In this document: one piece after another, positions 16,058 to 26,127 of the stretch
Layout of the letters: every line of letters begins with the position of its first letter
How positions within the stretch are numbered: position 1 is the first letter of the stretch
Assembly (NCBI GenBank): GCA_937907045.1
Contig: CALCTU010000032.1
Location: 1 to 49,167 of the forward strand
DNA length: 49,167 bases
Origin: an uncultured Alphaproteobacteria bacterium
GTDB lineage: Bacteria; Pseudomonadota; Alphaproteobacteria; Rickettsiales; UBA6187
Direction: 5' to 3'
The notes under the pieces: model-generated
The model's database searches: none
Seen by the model: the letters and a program-made list of their open reading frames with translations, nothing else
What the model was told of the DNA's origin: nothing
Position numbers and translations under genes: made by a program

Positions 16058-16822
16058 TTATGTCTGTGATTCAATGATGGTAGAGGCAAGCGTTTTAAAT
16101 ACCTCAGAGTTGGCAGCATAGCTATTGTCAGCTGGTTTTGCAATAGCTGGATCTATTGGTAGGGTTGCCAGAAGTGGTGTTTTTAATTCTAAGCTGAGCT
16201 TTTTTCCGCCATCTTGGCCAAATATGAAGTGTTTTTTATCGGTGTCTTTGTCCTGATAATAAGACATATTTTCAACAATGCCCAAGAGTGGTATGTTGAC
16301 CTTATGAAAGAAATCTGCTGCCTTTCTAACATCCAATAATGCAATATCTTGAGGTGTGGTAACCAATAATGCTCCAGTAGTTGGTATTTTTGAGGCCAAG
16401 CTTAGCTGAATATCTCCTGTTCCAGGTGGCATATCAATAAGTAATACATCCAAGTCTGGCCATGCTGTCTGAAAAAATAATTGCCACAGAGCTTTGGTGG
16501 CCATAGGGCCGCGCCAGCTAGTGGCACTTCCTTCGTCAATCAAATAAGCCATGGAGTTTGAAACAATATTTAACTTCTTATGAGGAAGCATTTTATGATC
16601 GTCATTAATTTCAGGTTTTCCGGAGGCTCCTAATAAATAACCAATAGAAGGTCCGTAAATATCGGCATCCATAATGCCCACAGATTTACCAAGTTGTGTC
16701 AATGAATGCGCTAATTGAACGCATACAGAGGATTTTCCAACACCACCTTTGCCAGAAGCAACTGCTATAATGTGTTTAATTTTAGGATGAGAAGATGGAG
16801 GGGTGTTAGCACGATTTTGCAT
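16058..16822 (-). CDS. apbC: Mrp/ApbC/NBP35-family Fe-S cluster carrier ATPase
   Basis: Deviant Walker A IAVASGKGGVGKSSV, plus DMPPGTGD and the overall Mrp pattern. Confidence 0.85.
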   Translation of the reverse strand: MQNRANTPPSSHPKIKHIIAVASGKGGVGKSSVCVQLAHSLTQLGKSVGIMDADIYGPSIGYLLGASGKPEINDDHKMLPHKKLNIVSNSMAYLIDEGSATSWRGPMATKALWQLFFQTAWPDLDVLLIDMPPGTGDIQLSLASKIPTTGALLVTTPQDIALLDVRKAADFFHKVNIPLLGIVENMSYYQDKDTDKKHFIFGQDGGKKLSLELKTPLLATLPIDPAIAKPADNSYAANSEVFKTLASTIIESQT

Positions 16823-16976
16823 GGGTCATGTCTTGTAATTTATTAGTAATAGATTATATTCAATAAGGCTAGATGTAAATTGGTTATGCAACATGTAATT
16901 GCTTTAACCTAGCATCGTCTATCCAATTACCCTTCGTTTGTCAATCTTTGCAAAACATTAAGGAGCATTAGGTCAT

Positions 16977-18164
16977 ATGACATCAGACAATAAAGGCCCC
17001 TGGGGACAACGCCCTCCTGGAGGAGGTAACGGCGGTGGTGATGAAGAATTAGAACGTATCATTCGCCAGTCTCAAGAAAAAATTAAACAGCTTTTTCCTC
17101 GAGGTGGTAACGGGGGAGGCTCTGGAGGCTCTGGCAAATCAGGCGGTAAGGGCAAGAAGCCACTACCTACTAAGACATTAGTTATTATTGTGCTTGCCGT
17201 TATTGGATTGTTTTGGTTATCCACGGGTATTTATACCGTAGATACCAAAGAGCAAGCTGTAGTATTACAATTTGGTAAGTACGTGCGTACGGAAGGGCCG
17301 GGATTGCAATATCATTTACCGGCACCCATAGAACGTGTCTTGAAAGTAAAAGTGACTGACCGATATACGGACGAAATTGGTTATCGCGCGCAAACTAGAA
17401 GGTCAAAACGTGGTAAATCAAGTTCAGTAGAGCATGATATCTCTATGCTAACAGGCGATGAGAACATTGTTGATATTAGTTTTGAAGTGCAGTGGCAAAT
17501 TACGGATGCACATAAGTTTTTGTTTAATGTTTATGACCCTCGAGGTACCGTTAGGAAAGCGGCAGAAAGTGCAATGCGTGAGGTGATTGCAACTACGTCT
17601 ATTAATGATATTCTATCTGAAAATCGTACAGCTGCTCAGCTAAAAACAAAAGAATTACTTCAAGCTATTATGGATGATTATGATTCAGGTATCACCATTG
17701 AAGAAATTAATATGAAAGCTGTACCGCCATCTAGCTCTATTACGGTAGATACGCTTCCTACGGCGACCGATATTAAAGATGGTGATCTTCAACCAAGACG
17801 GATTACAACAACGGTTGCAGATGCATTCAAAGATGTTCAAGCGGCCATTAACAACAAGCAAGAAAAGATCAATATTGCCAAAGGTTATGCTAACCAGCAG
17901 ATCCCTATTGCTCGTGGTGAGGCGCAAGAAATTTTGCAACAGGCTGAAGGTTATAAACAACAAGTTATTGCAGATGCGCAAGGTGAGGCGAAACGTTTCT
18001 TGGCGGTATACGAGCAATATCGTAAGGCAAAAAACGTGACTAAAAAACGTATGTACCTAGAAACTATGGAAGCCATTATGGCCAACATGGACAAAGTAAT
18101 CGTTGATAAGACTGTTGGTGGCAATGTTTTGCCATATTTGTCTCTCGAAAAAACTAAAAAGTAA
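16977..18164 (+). CDS. hflK: HflK (SPFH/band-7 modulator of FtsH)
   Basis: Gly-rich N-terminus, one TM segment, an SPFH core (EQAVVLQFGKY...GPGLQYHLP) and the C-terminal ARGEAQ..L..AEGYK pattern. It is followed directly by hflC. Confidence 0.9.
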   Translation: MTSDNKGPWGQRPPGGGNGGGDEELERIIRQSQEKIKQLFPRGGNGGGSGGSGKSGGKGKKPLPTKTLVIIVLAVIGLFWLSTGIYTVDTKEQAVVLQFGKYVRTEGPGLQYHLPAPIERVLKVKVTDRYTDEIGYRAQTRRSKRGKSSSVEHDISMLTGDENIVDISFEVQWQITDAHKFLFNVYDPRGTVRKAAESAMREVIATTSINDILSENRTAAQLKTKELLQAIMDDYDSGITIEEINMKAVPPSSSITVDTLPTATDIKDGDLQPRRITTTVADAFKDVQAAINNKQEKINIAKGYANQQIPIARGEAQEILQQAEGYKQQVIADAQGEAKRFLAVYEQYRKAKNVTKKRMYLETMEAIMANMDKVIVDKTVGGNVLPYLSLEKTKK

Positions 18165-18187
18165 CGATAAAATAGGAGTTTATAGTT

Positions 18188-19075
18188 ATGGCTAAATGGA
18201 TTGTGCCTATTGTTATTGTGGTGATACTAGCGTTGAACGCATTCTTTATTGTTCCTCAAACTCATCAGGCAATTGTACTTGAGTTTGGTAAGCCAGTTGA
18301 ATTTGCAGATGGTGATAAAACAGTAAGTTATATCAACACACCAGGTCTTAAATTTAAATTACCTTTTATTCAGGAGGTGAAATATTTTGACGGACGTATT
18401 CTGGATTTTACAGCCAAAGATAAAGAGGTTCTGGATTTAGAGAAAAAAGCATTAACAGTAAATGCTTTCGCGAAGTATAAAATTATTGATCCACTCATCT
18501 TTTACCAAAAAGTTACAAATGAAGACGGTATTCGGAATCGTTTGGATAAAATATTTGAAGCAAGTTTGCGTGATGCGATTGGTAGCGTGCCGTTAAAGAA
18601 GCTTTTGACTGAAGTACGTACCGATGTCATGAATAAGATTCGTAGTGATGTAAGCCAGAAAGCGAAGGATTTTGGTATTGCTGTATTGGATGTAAGAATT
18701 GTACGTTCTGACTTACCAAGAGAAAATAGTGACTCTATATACAAACGTATGTATGCTGATCGTGATAAAGAGGCACGCGAATATAGAGCGCAAGGTGAAG
18801 AGCAGTCAAAAATCATTCGCTCTGAAGCGGACAAGCAAGTAAAGATTCTTCTAGCAGAAGCGCGTCGTGAAGGTCAGATTATTCGTGGTCAGGGTGAGGC
18901 AGAAGCAACACGTATTTTTGCAAATGCGTTTACCAAAGATCCAGAATTTTTTAATTTCTATCGTACGATGCTTGCGTATCGTGCAACTCTTAAAGACTCA
19001 AACACTCGGATGGTGTTGTCACCAGATAGTGAGTTTCTTCAGTACTTGAGCGACATTAGTTCTGCTAAAAGGTAA
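18188..19075 (+). CDS. hflC: HflC
   Basis: N-terminal TM, an SPFH domain and the RAQGEEQSKIIRSEADK...RGQGEAEATRIFA pattern. Adjacent to hflK. Confidence 0.9.
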   Translation: MAKWIVPIVIVVILALNAFFIVPQTHQAIVLEFGKPVEFADGDKTVSYINTPGLKFKLPFIQEVKYFDGRILDFTAKDKEVLDLEKKALTVNAFAKYKIIDPLIFYQKVTNEDGIRNRLDKIFEASLRDAIGSVPLKKLLTEVRTDVMNKIRSDVSQKAKDFGIAVLDVRIVRSDLPRENSDSIYKRMYADRDKEAREYRAQGEEQSKIIRSEADKQVKILLAEARREGQIIRGQGEAEATRIFANAFTKDPEFFNFYRTMLAYRATLKDSNTRMVLSPDSEFLQYLSDISSAKR

Positions 19076-19112
19076 TTGAATGAGTTGATAATATTTTTTG
19101 ATGGAGGTGGTC

Positions 19113-20600
19113 ATGAGATTACGTCATTGTTTGTATATGTTTTTTATAATGGTGTGCTTGCCTGTATTTTCTCAGGCGCGAGCGGTGCCAGATAGTTTTG
19201 CAGACTTGGTAGAAGACCTGATGCCATCGGTGGTGAATATCTCGACAACCCAGACGGTTAAATATGCTCAGGGTGGTCAACATTTTGAGTTTTTTGGTAA
19301 TCCTCAGTTGCCAGAAGGTTCTCCGTTTAATGACTTGCCGGAGCTTTTTGAACGTTTCTATGGTCACAGAGGGCCAAATGGCTCAAATGGTGCTCCAAAA
19401 TCTGAACGCAAAGCCGTTTCCTTGGGGTCTGGCTTTATCATTGATAAAGCTGGGTATATTGTAACAAATAACCATGTGATTGATCAGGCGGATGAAATTA
19501 CAGTTGTCTTTAGTGATGATAGTAAGGCTGATGCAACCATTGTAGGGCGTGACCCTAAAACCGATATTGCGTTACTGAAAGTAAATGTTGGGCATGATCT
19601 TCCGGCTGTAAAGTGGGGTGATTCAGATGAGGTGCGTGTGGGTGATTGGGTGATTGCTATTGGTAATCCTTTTGGCCTTGGTGGTTCAGTATCTGCGGGT
19701 ATTATTTCTGCTCGCGCTCGTGATATTAATGCTGGTCCATTTGATGATTTCTTACAAACTGATGCTGCAATTAATCGTGGTAATTCTGGGGGACCATTAT
19801 TTGATGTTGATGGCAAGGTAATTGGTATTAATACGGCAATCTTTTCTCCGTCTGGTGGTAATGTTGGTATTGGTTTTTCTGTGCCAATAGAAATGGCAAA
19901 ACCTGTTATCAAGCAGCTCAAAGAAACGGGCAGTGTAAAACGTGGCTGGTTAGGCGTGCGTATTCAAAATGTTACAGAAGAAATAGCTGAAAGCATTGGT
20001 ATGAAAAAGCCAAGAGGAGCGTTGGTATTAGAAGTTACTAAAGGTTCTCCTGCAGAAGATGCTGGCATGCTACCAAGTGATATTATTATTTCATTTGATG
20101 GTAAAGAAGTGCCGGTAATGCGGAAATTGCCTCGTATTGTTGCTGATACTAAGGTGAATAAGACCGTTGATGTGGTGGTTATCAGGGCAGGGAAAGAAAA
20201 AACCTTAAAAGTGACAGTTGCTCAACTTGAAGATGATAGTCAAGAAGAGGAAGAGGTTACAACGGTGGTACCAAGCCAAGAAGATAATAAAGATAAGTAT
20301 GGAGAGATTTATTCGGTTGCAGGACTTGAGGTAGCTGACTTATCGCGTGATAATCGCAAAATGTTTAAAATTAAAGGTGATGTAGAGGGTGTCATTATTG
20401 TCGGGATTAAACCAGAATCAAGTGCCGATGAAAAAGGACTTCGTGTTGGTGATGTTATAGAAGCAATAAATCAAGAGTCTGTTGATGATATCAACGATTT
20501 TAAGAATGTGGTTGAAGCAGCGCAAGCGGCAGCACGTAAGTCTATTTTGCTTTTGGTTAATCGCCGTGGTGAAACACAGTTTATTGTGGTTGCTCTTTAA
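19113..20600 (+). CDS. degP: Periplasmic serine endoprotease DegP/HtrA family with two PDZ domains
   Basis: Signal peptide. His/Asp/Ser triad context TNNHV, DIALLK, GNSGGPL. Two PDZ-like segments are separated by an acidic linker. I prefer the ATG at 19113 (GGAGGTG SD at 19103-19109) over the TTG at 19098. Confidence 0.9.
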   Translation: MRLRHCLYMFFIMVCLPVFSQARAVPDSFADLVEDLMPSVVNISTTQTVKYAQGGQHFEFFGNPQLPEGSPFNDLPELFERFYGHRGPNGSNGAPKSERKAVSLGSGFIIDKAGYIVTNNHVIDQADEITVVFSDDSKADATIVGRDPKTDIALLKVNVGHDLPAVKWGDSDEVRVGDWVIAIGNPFGLGGSVSAGIISARARDINAGPFDDFLQTDAAINRGNSGGPLFDVDGKVIGINTAIFSPSGGNVGIGFSVPIEMAKPVIKQLKETGSVKRGWLGVRIQNVTEEIAESIGMKKPRGALVLEVTKGSPAEDAGMLPSDIIISFDGKEVPVMRKLPRIVADTKVNKTVDVVVIRAGKEKTLKVTVAQLEDDSQEEEEVTTVVPSQEDNKDKYGEIYSVAGLEVADLSRDNRKMFKIKGDVEGVIIVGIKPESSADEKGLRVGDVIEAINQESVDDINDFKNVVEAAQAAARKSILLLVNRRGETQFIVVAL

Positions 20601-20635
20601 GACATTTACAGCGTTTACGATTTGGTATATGAGTA

Positions 20636-20668
20636 GCACCAGCAGATGATTCTTTAATCTGCTGGTGC
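20636..20668 (+). terminator. 12-bp perfect hairpin downstream of degP
   Basis: Arms gcaccagcagat (20636-20647) and atctgctggtgc (20657-20668), 9-nt loop. There is no immediate U tract; a T7 run lies 24 nt further on. Confidence 0.45.
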
Positions 20669-20725
20669 TCGTTGCCGATCCGTCGCACCTAATTTTTTTG
20701 ATATAAGCTTACAGGAGAAAACGTT

Positions 20726-21808
20726 ATGGAAGATAACAATAAGCAAAAGGCCTTAGAGACGGCAATGTCACAAATTGAGCGCGCTTTTGGTAAAGGTTCA
20801 GTGATGAAAATGTCTGAAGGAACCGTACAAAAAATTGATGCGATATCGACTGGTTCTATCGGTTTGGACATAGCACTTGGAGTTGGTGGAGTGCCAAAGG
20901 GGCGTATTATTGAAATTTATGGACCAGAGAGTTCGGGTAAAACCACCCTTACACTTCATGTTGTGGCCGAGGCCCAAAAGACTGGTGGTACGTGTGCATT
21001 TGTTGATGCTGAGCACGCACTTGATCCGGTTTATGCTAAAAATTTAGGTGTGGATGTTGATAATCTTATTGTTTCTCAACCAGATACTGGGGAGCAGGCG
21101 CTTGAAATTGCTGATACATTGGTACGTTCTGGTGCAATTGATGTGTTAGTTGTGGATTCAGTTGCAGCGCTGACACCGAAAGCCGAAATAGAAGGCGATA
21201 TGGGTGATTCGCACATGGGTCTACAGGCACGTTTGATGAGTCAGGCGTTACGTAAGCTAACAGCTTCTGTTTCAAGAACTGGATGTATTGTTATTTTCAT
21301 TAATCAGATTCGTATGAAAATTGGTGTGATGTTTGGTTCTCCAGAAACAACAACAGGTGGTAACGCGCTAAAATTCTACTCGTCTGTTAGAATGGATATT
21401 CGCCGAATTGGAGCTTTGAAAGACAAAGAAGAAATTATCGGTAACCAAACACGAGTGAAGGTTGTAAAAAACAAAGTGGCACCACCATTTAAACAAGTTG
21501 AGTTTGATATTATTTACGGTGAAGGTATTTCGAAGCTTGGTGAGCTAATTGACCTTGGCGTTAAAGACGAAATTGTTGAAAAAGCTGGTTCGTGGTATTC
21601 GTATGATGGTACACGCATTGGTCAAGGAAAAGAAAATGCCAAAAATTATTTAAAAGATAATCCAGAAGTGGCGGATGAAATCGAAAATAAAATTCGTCAG
21701 AAAGCTGGACTTATTGCTTCTGAAGAAGGTGATGATGATAACGCGTCCGCTGCTGACTCTAAAAAAAGTGAGTCAAAAGCAAGTGAAGAAAAATTAGCAG
21801 CATTTTAA
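20726..21808 (+). CDS. recA: Recombinase RecA
   Basis: ALE.A..QIE..FGKGS, Walker [10 protein letters not shown], and full-length RecA conservation. Confidence 0.97.
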   Translation: MEDNNKQKALETAMSQIERAFGKGSVMKMSEGTVQKIDAISTGSIGLDIALGVGGVPKGRIIEIYGPESSGKTTLTLHVVAEAQKTGGTCAFVDAEHALDPVYAKNLGVDVDNLIVSQPDTGEQALEIADTLVRSGAIDVLVVDSVAALTPKAEIEGDMGDSHMGLQARLMSQALRKLTASVSRTGCIVIFINQIRMKIGVMFGSPETTTGGNALKFYSSVRMDIRRIGALKDKEEIIGNQTRVKVVKNKVAPPFKQVEFDIIYGEGISKLGELIDLGVKDEIVEKAGSWYSYDGTRIGQGKENAKNYLKDNPEVADEIENKIRQKAGLIASEEGDDDNASAADSKKSESKASEEKLAAF

Positions 21809-21821
21809 ATTAGTTAGTAAT

Positions 21822-24455
21822 ATGGTTTCGGTTAATACATTACGTAGTGAATTCCTTAATTTCTTTAAAACAAACGGGCATGAATTAGTATCTTCGGCGC
21901 CGTTGGTGCCGCACAATGATCCTACATTGATGTTTGTCAATGCTGGTATGGTTCCATTTAAGGATGTGTTTACGGGCAATGAAACGCGTGATTATAGCCG
22001 GGCAACCTCATCACAAAAATGTGTACGTGCTGGTGGTAAGCATAATGACCTTGATAATGTAGGGTATACGGCTCGCCACCACACATTTTTTGAGATGCTG
22101 GGTAATTTTTCTTTTGGAGACTATTTTAAAGATCAAGCAATTGAATATGCATGGAATTTTGTAACAAAAACACTTGAGCTTCCATCGGAAAAGCTGTTAG
22201 TAACTGTGTATCATACAGATGATGAAGCCTATCAATTTTGGAAAAAAATTGCTGGGCTTCCTGATGAAAAAATAGTGCGTATAGAAGGTGCTGATAATTT
22301 TTGGGCTATGGGAAATACAGGGCCATGCGGGCCTTGTTCGGAAATTTTCTATGATCACGGAGAAGATATTCCAGGAGGGCCTCCAGGGTCTGCAGATGAA
22401 GACGGTGATCGGTTTATTGAAATTTGGAATCTAGTGTTCATGCAATATGAAACATTAGAAGATGGTACTAGAATTGATCTTCCCAAGCCATCGATAGATA
22501 CAGGTATGGGCCTTGAGCGTGTTGCTGCTGTATTACAAGGTGTGCATGATAATTATGATATTGATCTATTTCAGGCATTGATTTCTAAAAGCAAGGAGCT
22601 ATCAGGCAATGATGATCCAAAGATGCATAATGCTCATCGGGTCATTGCCGATCATTTGCGCTCATCAAGTTTTCTGCTTGCAGATGGTGTGATGCCTTCC
22701 AATGAAGGAAGAGGGTATGTATTGCGCCGGATTATGCGCCGAAGCATGCGCTATGTAAAACAATTAGGTTGTGAAGAGCCTTTGATGCACCGTTTGGTTC
22801 CTACGCTTGTTGGGCAAATGGGCGAGGCGTTTCCTGAGCTTGTACGGGCTCAGGAGCTTATTGCACAAATGCTAAAATTAGAAGAAACCCAATTTGGCCA
22901 AACCTTAGGTAGGGGTTTGAAGCTATTGGACAAAGAAACTGAGAATGTCTCTCAGGGCGGCTGTTTGTCGGGTGACACAGCATTTAAGCTATACGATACT
23001 TATGGTTTTCCGTATGACCTTACGGTTGATATCTTGCGTGGTCGCGGTATCAGTGTGGATCAAGCAGGCTTTGATACTGCAATGCAACAGCAGAAAGATC
23101 GTGCAAAGGCTGCATGGAAAGGGTCTGGTGCGCAGGCAACTGATGGGCTTTGGTATGAACTTAAAGAAGAGCACGGTGGTACTGAGTTTGTCGGCTATAA
23201 CAGTCATACGGCTCAAGGTAGTGTGGTTGCGATTATTAAAGATGGTGAGCATGTAAACCACGCTACAGTTAATGATGGTTGTGTACAAATTGTACTTAAT
23301 CAAACACCGTTTTATGGTCAGTCTGGTGGTCAAGAAGGTGATCATGGAGTGTTGGTTGGTACGGATACACAAATACAAGTGGTTGATACATTAAAGATGC
23401 TTGGGTGTGTGCATAGCCACGTTGCTACTGTCACCAACGGTAGCATCAAAATTGGTGATGTGGTTACCGCAACCATAGATCAAAAACGTCGTTTTGGTCT
23501 CAGAGCAAACCATTCAGCAACTCACCTTCTTCACGCGGTGCTTAGAGAGCAATTGGGTGATCATGTGACACAAAAAGGTTCATTGGTGGATGAAGATCGG
23601 TTGCGTTTTGATTTTAGCCACCCTCAAGCGGTAACAGCCGATGAGCTAGAAGCAATTGAACGTAAAGTTAATGAACTAATACGGCAAAATAGTGGAGTAT
23701 CGACAAAGCTTATGGCACCAGATGATGCCATAAAAGAAGGCGCTATGGCCTTATTTGGTGAAAAATATGGTGATGAAGTGCGTGTACTTACCATGGGAGA
23801 AGATAAATATTCTGTTGAGCTTTGTGGTGGTACGCATGTACAGCACACGGGTGATATTGGTTTGTTTAAGATTGTCTCTGAAAGTGCTATTGCATCGGGT
23901 GTACGTCGTATTGAGGCAGTTACGGCAGAACAAGCCATAACGATGATGCAAAAGCAACAAGACCAGCTATTGAGCGTTTGTGGGGTGCTTAAAACATCAC
24001 CAGATGAATTACATGTTCGTATTGAGTCGTTGCTTAACGAGCGTAAGCAACTTGAAAAAGATTTGGCTAAAGCCAAAAAACAAGCTGCCATGGGCGGATC
24101 TGGTGCTGGTGGTGTGACCAAAGAACAAATTAATGGTATTGATTTTCTAGGAAATGTCTTTGATGACATCGCCCCTAAAGATCTACGTGCCATTGCTATG
24201 GATATGCAAGCTCAAATTGGATCTGGCGTGGTTGCGGTGGCGTCTACGTTTGAAGGTAAAGGGTCGGTGATTGTCTTGGTGACCGAAGATATGACTGGCA
24301 AAATAAGTGCCGTCGACATTATTAAGCAGGTTGCACCAATTGTAGGAGCTAAAGGTGGCGGAGGAAAACCAAATTTCGCACAAACCGGCGGTCCAGATGG
24401 GGATAAGGTGCCTGATGTGATGTCTACGGTTAAGGGTGTATTGGAAGCGGTTTAA
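21822..24455 (+). CDS. alaS: Alanine--tRNA ligase
   Basis: 877 aa with FF...[20 protein letters not shown], the editing-domain HSATHLL motif and a C-terminal DHHA1-like GGGG.P..AQ.GG. Confidence 0.97.
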   Translation: MVSVNTLRSEFLNFFKTNGHELVSSAPLVPHNDPTLMFVNAGMVPFKDVFTGNETRDYSRATSSQKCVRAGGKHNDLDNVGYTARHHTFFEMLGNFSFGDYFKDQAIEYAWNFVTKTLELPSEKLLVTVYHTDDEAYQFWKKIAGLPDEKIVRIEGADNFWAMGNTGPCGPCSEIFYDHGEDIPGGPPGSADEDGDRFIEIWNLVFMQYETLEDGTRIDLPKPSIDTGMGLERVAAVLQGVHDNYDIDLFQALISKSKELSGNDDPKMHNAHRVIADHLRSSSFLLADGVMPSNEGRGYVLRRIMRRSMRYVKQLGCEEPLMHRLVPTLVGQMGEAFPELVRAQELIAQMLKLEETQFGQTLGRGLKLLDKETENVSQGGCLSGDTAFKLYDTYGFPYDLTVDILRGRGISVDQAGFDTAMQQQKDRAKAAWKGSGAQATDGLWYELKEEHGGTEFVGYNSHTAQGSVVAIIKDGEHVNHATVNDGCVQIVLNQTPFYGQSGGQEGDHGVLVGTDTQIQVVDTLKMLGCVHSHVATVTNGSIKIGDVVTATIDQKRRFGLRANHSATHLLHAVLREQLGDHVTQKGSLVDEDRLRFDFSHPQAVTADELEAIERKVNELIRQNSGVSTKLMAPDDAIKEGAMALFGEKYGDEVRVLTMGEDKYSVELCGGTHVQHTGDIGLFKIVSESAIASGVRRIEAVTAEQAITMMQKQQDQLLSVCGVLKTSPDELHVRIESLLNERKQLEKDLAKAKKQAAMGGSGAGGVTKEQINGIDFLGNVFDDIAPKDLRAIAMDMQAQIGSGVVAVASTFEGKGSVIVLVTEDMTGKISAVDIIKQVAPIVGAKGGGGKPNFAQTGGPDGDKVPDVMSTVKGVLEAV

Positions 24456-24467
24456 ATATGATTATTC

Positions 24468-24498
24468 TTGAAAATAGTACCTAATATAGGTACTATTT
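24468..24498 (+). promoter_or_regulatory. parDE promoter/operator: TTGAAA-N17-TACTAT overlapped by a 12-bp perfect inverted repeat
   Basis: Arms aaatagtaccta (24472-24483) and taggtactattt (24487-24498), 3-nt spacer. They span the spacer and -10 of a plausible promoter 33 nt upstream of the parD ATG. The element could also act as the alaS terminator stem. Confidence 0.45.
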
Positions 24499-24530
24499 GG
24501 TATATAGATAATCTATTATTGGAGTTGGCT

Positions 24531-24764
24531 ATGTCTAAAAATACAAGTATTACCCTTGGGAGTCACTTTGATTCTTTTATTGCTGGTCAGGTTAGTGAGG
24601 GGCGTTATGGATCAGCTAGTGAAGTTGTAAGAGCTGGTCTTCGGTTACTCGAGGAAGAAAACTTGAAAGTAGTAAGGCTTCGTAGTGCTATACAAGAAGG
24701 TTTAAATAGTGGTGTTGATGAGGATTATTCGCTTGGAAATATTTTAGAACGTTCGGATAGATAG
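24531..24764 (+). CDS. parD: ParD-family type II antitoxin
   Basis: MSKNTSITLGSHFDSFIAGQVSEGRYGSASEVVRAGLRLLEEE matches the ParD antitoxin signature. GGAG SD lies 6 nt upstream of the ATG at 24531. The track start at 24468 would read through the operator palindrome. Confidence 0.85.
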   Translation: MSKNTSITLGSHFDSFIAGQVSEGRYGSASEVVRAGLRLLEEENLKVVRLRSAIQEGLNSGVDEDYSLGNILERSDR

Positions 24765-25066
24765 TGACACATTTTAGAGTATTAAATTCTGCCTCAAGTG
24801 ATCTGGTTGGTATTAGTAGATATACACTTGATCAGTGGGGAAGTGATCAGAGAGATTTTTACTTGGAAAATATTGATAGAGCATTTTACAAAATTGCAGA
24901 CAATTCCAAGTTGGGTTTAAAGTGTGATTATATTATAGAAAGTATGTATAAGTTGTTAGAAGGTAAGTATATGGTTATGTACCGAGTTGCTGATGATGGT
25001 GTAGTTGAAATTGTAAGAGTACTTCATCAATCAATGGATGTTTCTCGTTCTGTAGAATATTGTTAA
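24764..25066 (+). CDS. parE: ParE/RelE-family type II toxin
   Basis: 100 aa. The GTG start overlaps the parD TAG by 1 nt (TAGTG). The pattern D...I..Y.....G...A..Y...I......L...P..G...........Y........Y.I.Y......V.I.R.LH..MD is typical of ParE. Confidence 0.8.
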   Translation: MTHFRVLNSASSDLVGISRYTLDQWGSDQRDFYLENIDRAFYKIADNSKLGLKCDYIIESMYKLLEGKYMVMYRVADDGVVEIVRVLHQSMDVSRSVEYC

Positions 25067-25089
25067 AAATTTATCTCAACCAATTACCC

Positions 25090-25998
25090 ATGTCCTCATC
25101 AAATAATTTCTACTATAAAAACAATAAGTTCCAGCAGCTAAGAGGGTTTTACTATGCTGCTACCTTGGGCAGTATTACAAAGGCGGCGGAACGTATTTCG
25201 TTAACGCAATCTTCTGTGTCACTACAAATTAAAGCGCTTGAGGAAGATTTTGGATGTAAGTTATTTACGCGCTCTGGACCAACGATATCGCCTTCCAAAG
25301 AGGGTACATTGTTACTTTCGATGGTTGAGCCAATGATCAATAATATTGAGAATTTGAAGCATAATTTTGAGATGAAACTCAAAGCCGGGAAACATCAAAC
25401 GCTCAATATAGCAGCTAATCAAGCTACCATGTTATATTTGCTGCCAAAGCTGGTACATAATTTTTCCCAGAAATGTCCTGATATTTCGATTAACATTCAT
25501 GGTGCTGTGGCACTAGAAGGAATTGATAAGTTGTTGTCAGGTGAAGTGGATATTATTGTTGGCCCTTCAAACTTTGATATCCCTGATACGTGTGAATATA
25601 TTCCCGTGTTTCACTATGACCCGGTTCTTATTACACGGTCAGACCATCCACTTGCAGGTAAAGAGCGTATAACAATTGAACAGATGTGTCAGTATCATCT
25701 CATTTTGCCCCCTAGTCATTTGCACACCATTATTGACCTTGGAGCTATTTATGCAAACGAGCATTATAAGCCAGACCAAAATAAGTTAAAATTTAATGGC
25801 TGGGAAATCATCAAGAAATATGTTGAGCTTGATATGGCTATCACAATTGCGTTGAGCATTGCCATTGAAGAAGATCCGGTATTGATTGGTACCAAGCTTA
25901 ATCATTTATTTTCGTCCGGAAGCTATGGCTATATCGTGGTAAAGGGCAAGGAATACTCACAACCACTGCGTGCGTTTATTGATTCTATTAATAATTAG
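25090..25998 (+). CDS. LysR-family transcriptional regulator
   Basis: N-terminal HTH QQLRGFYYAATLGSITKAAERISLTQSSVSLQIKALEEDFG plus a LysR substrate-binding-type C-terminus. Alternative TTG start at 25060. Confidence 0.85.
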   Translation: MSSSNNFYYKNNKFQQLRGFYYAATLGSITKAAERISLTQSSVSLQIKALEEDFGCKLFTRSGPTISPSKEGTLLLSMVEPMINNIENLKHNFEMKLKAGKHQTLNIAANQATMLYLLPKLVHNFSQKCPDISINIHGAVALEGIDKLLSGEVDIIVGPSNFDIPDTCEYIPVFHYDPVLITRSDHPLAGKERITIEQMCQYHLILPPSHLHTIIDLGAIYANEHYKPDQNKLKFNGWEIIKKYVELDMAITIALSIAIEEDPVLIGTKLNHLFSSGSYGYIVVKGKEYSQPLRAFIDSINN

Positions 25999-26023
25999 TA
26001 TTGATATTTCTTGTGTGACTAGC

Positions 26024-26032
26024 TGGTATAAT
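26024..26032 (+). promoter_or_regulatory. Extended -10 promoter candidate (TGgTATAAT) upstream of the giant RTX gene
   Basis: gcTGgTATAATtc lies ~95 nt upstream of the ATG at 26128. Confidence 0.3.
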
Positions 26033-26127
26033 TCTGTATAAGCTTTTCCAAAAAAGGAAATTAATAAGAAAAACTATTTCGAAGAATGTGGTGTGTTTAC
26101 TGCACTAAAATAGAAGAAGGGTGTGCT

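Noticed and set aside
20671-20685. Alphaproteobacterial-type SOS box (GTTC-N7-GTTC) upstream of recA: GTTG-N7-GTCG
   Set aside because: Only 5 of 8 core positions match, and it overlaps the tail of the degP hairpin. This is not enough to call a LexA site.
19484-24193. Long antisense ORFs inside degP (19484-19921) and alaS (23624-24193, 22989-23378)
   Set aside because: They lie opposite highly conserved housekeeping genes and have Ser/Pro/Arg-rich shadow-frame composition.
24468-24530. Track start of the ParD ORF at 24468; likewise 14858 for the second pilin, 26086 for the RTX gene, 11376 for pilW and 19098 for degP
   Set aside because: The upstream extensions add residues foreign to the respective families and lack SD sequences. 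The internal ATGs have good SDs and give canonical N-termini.
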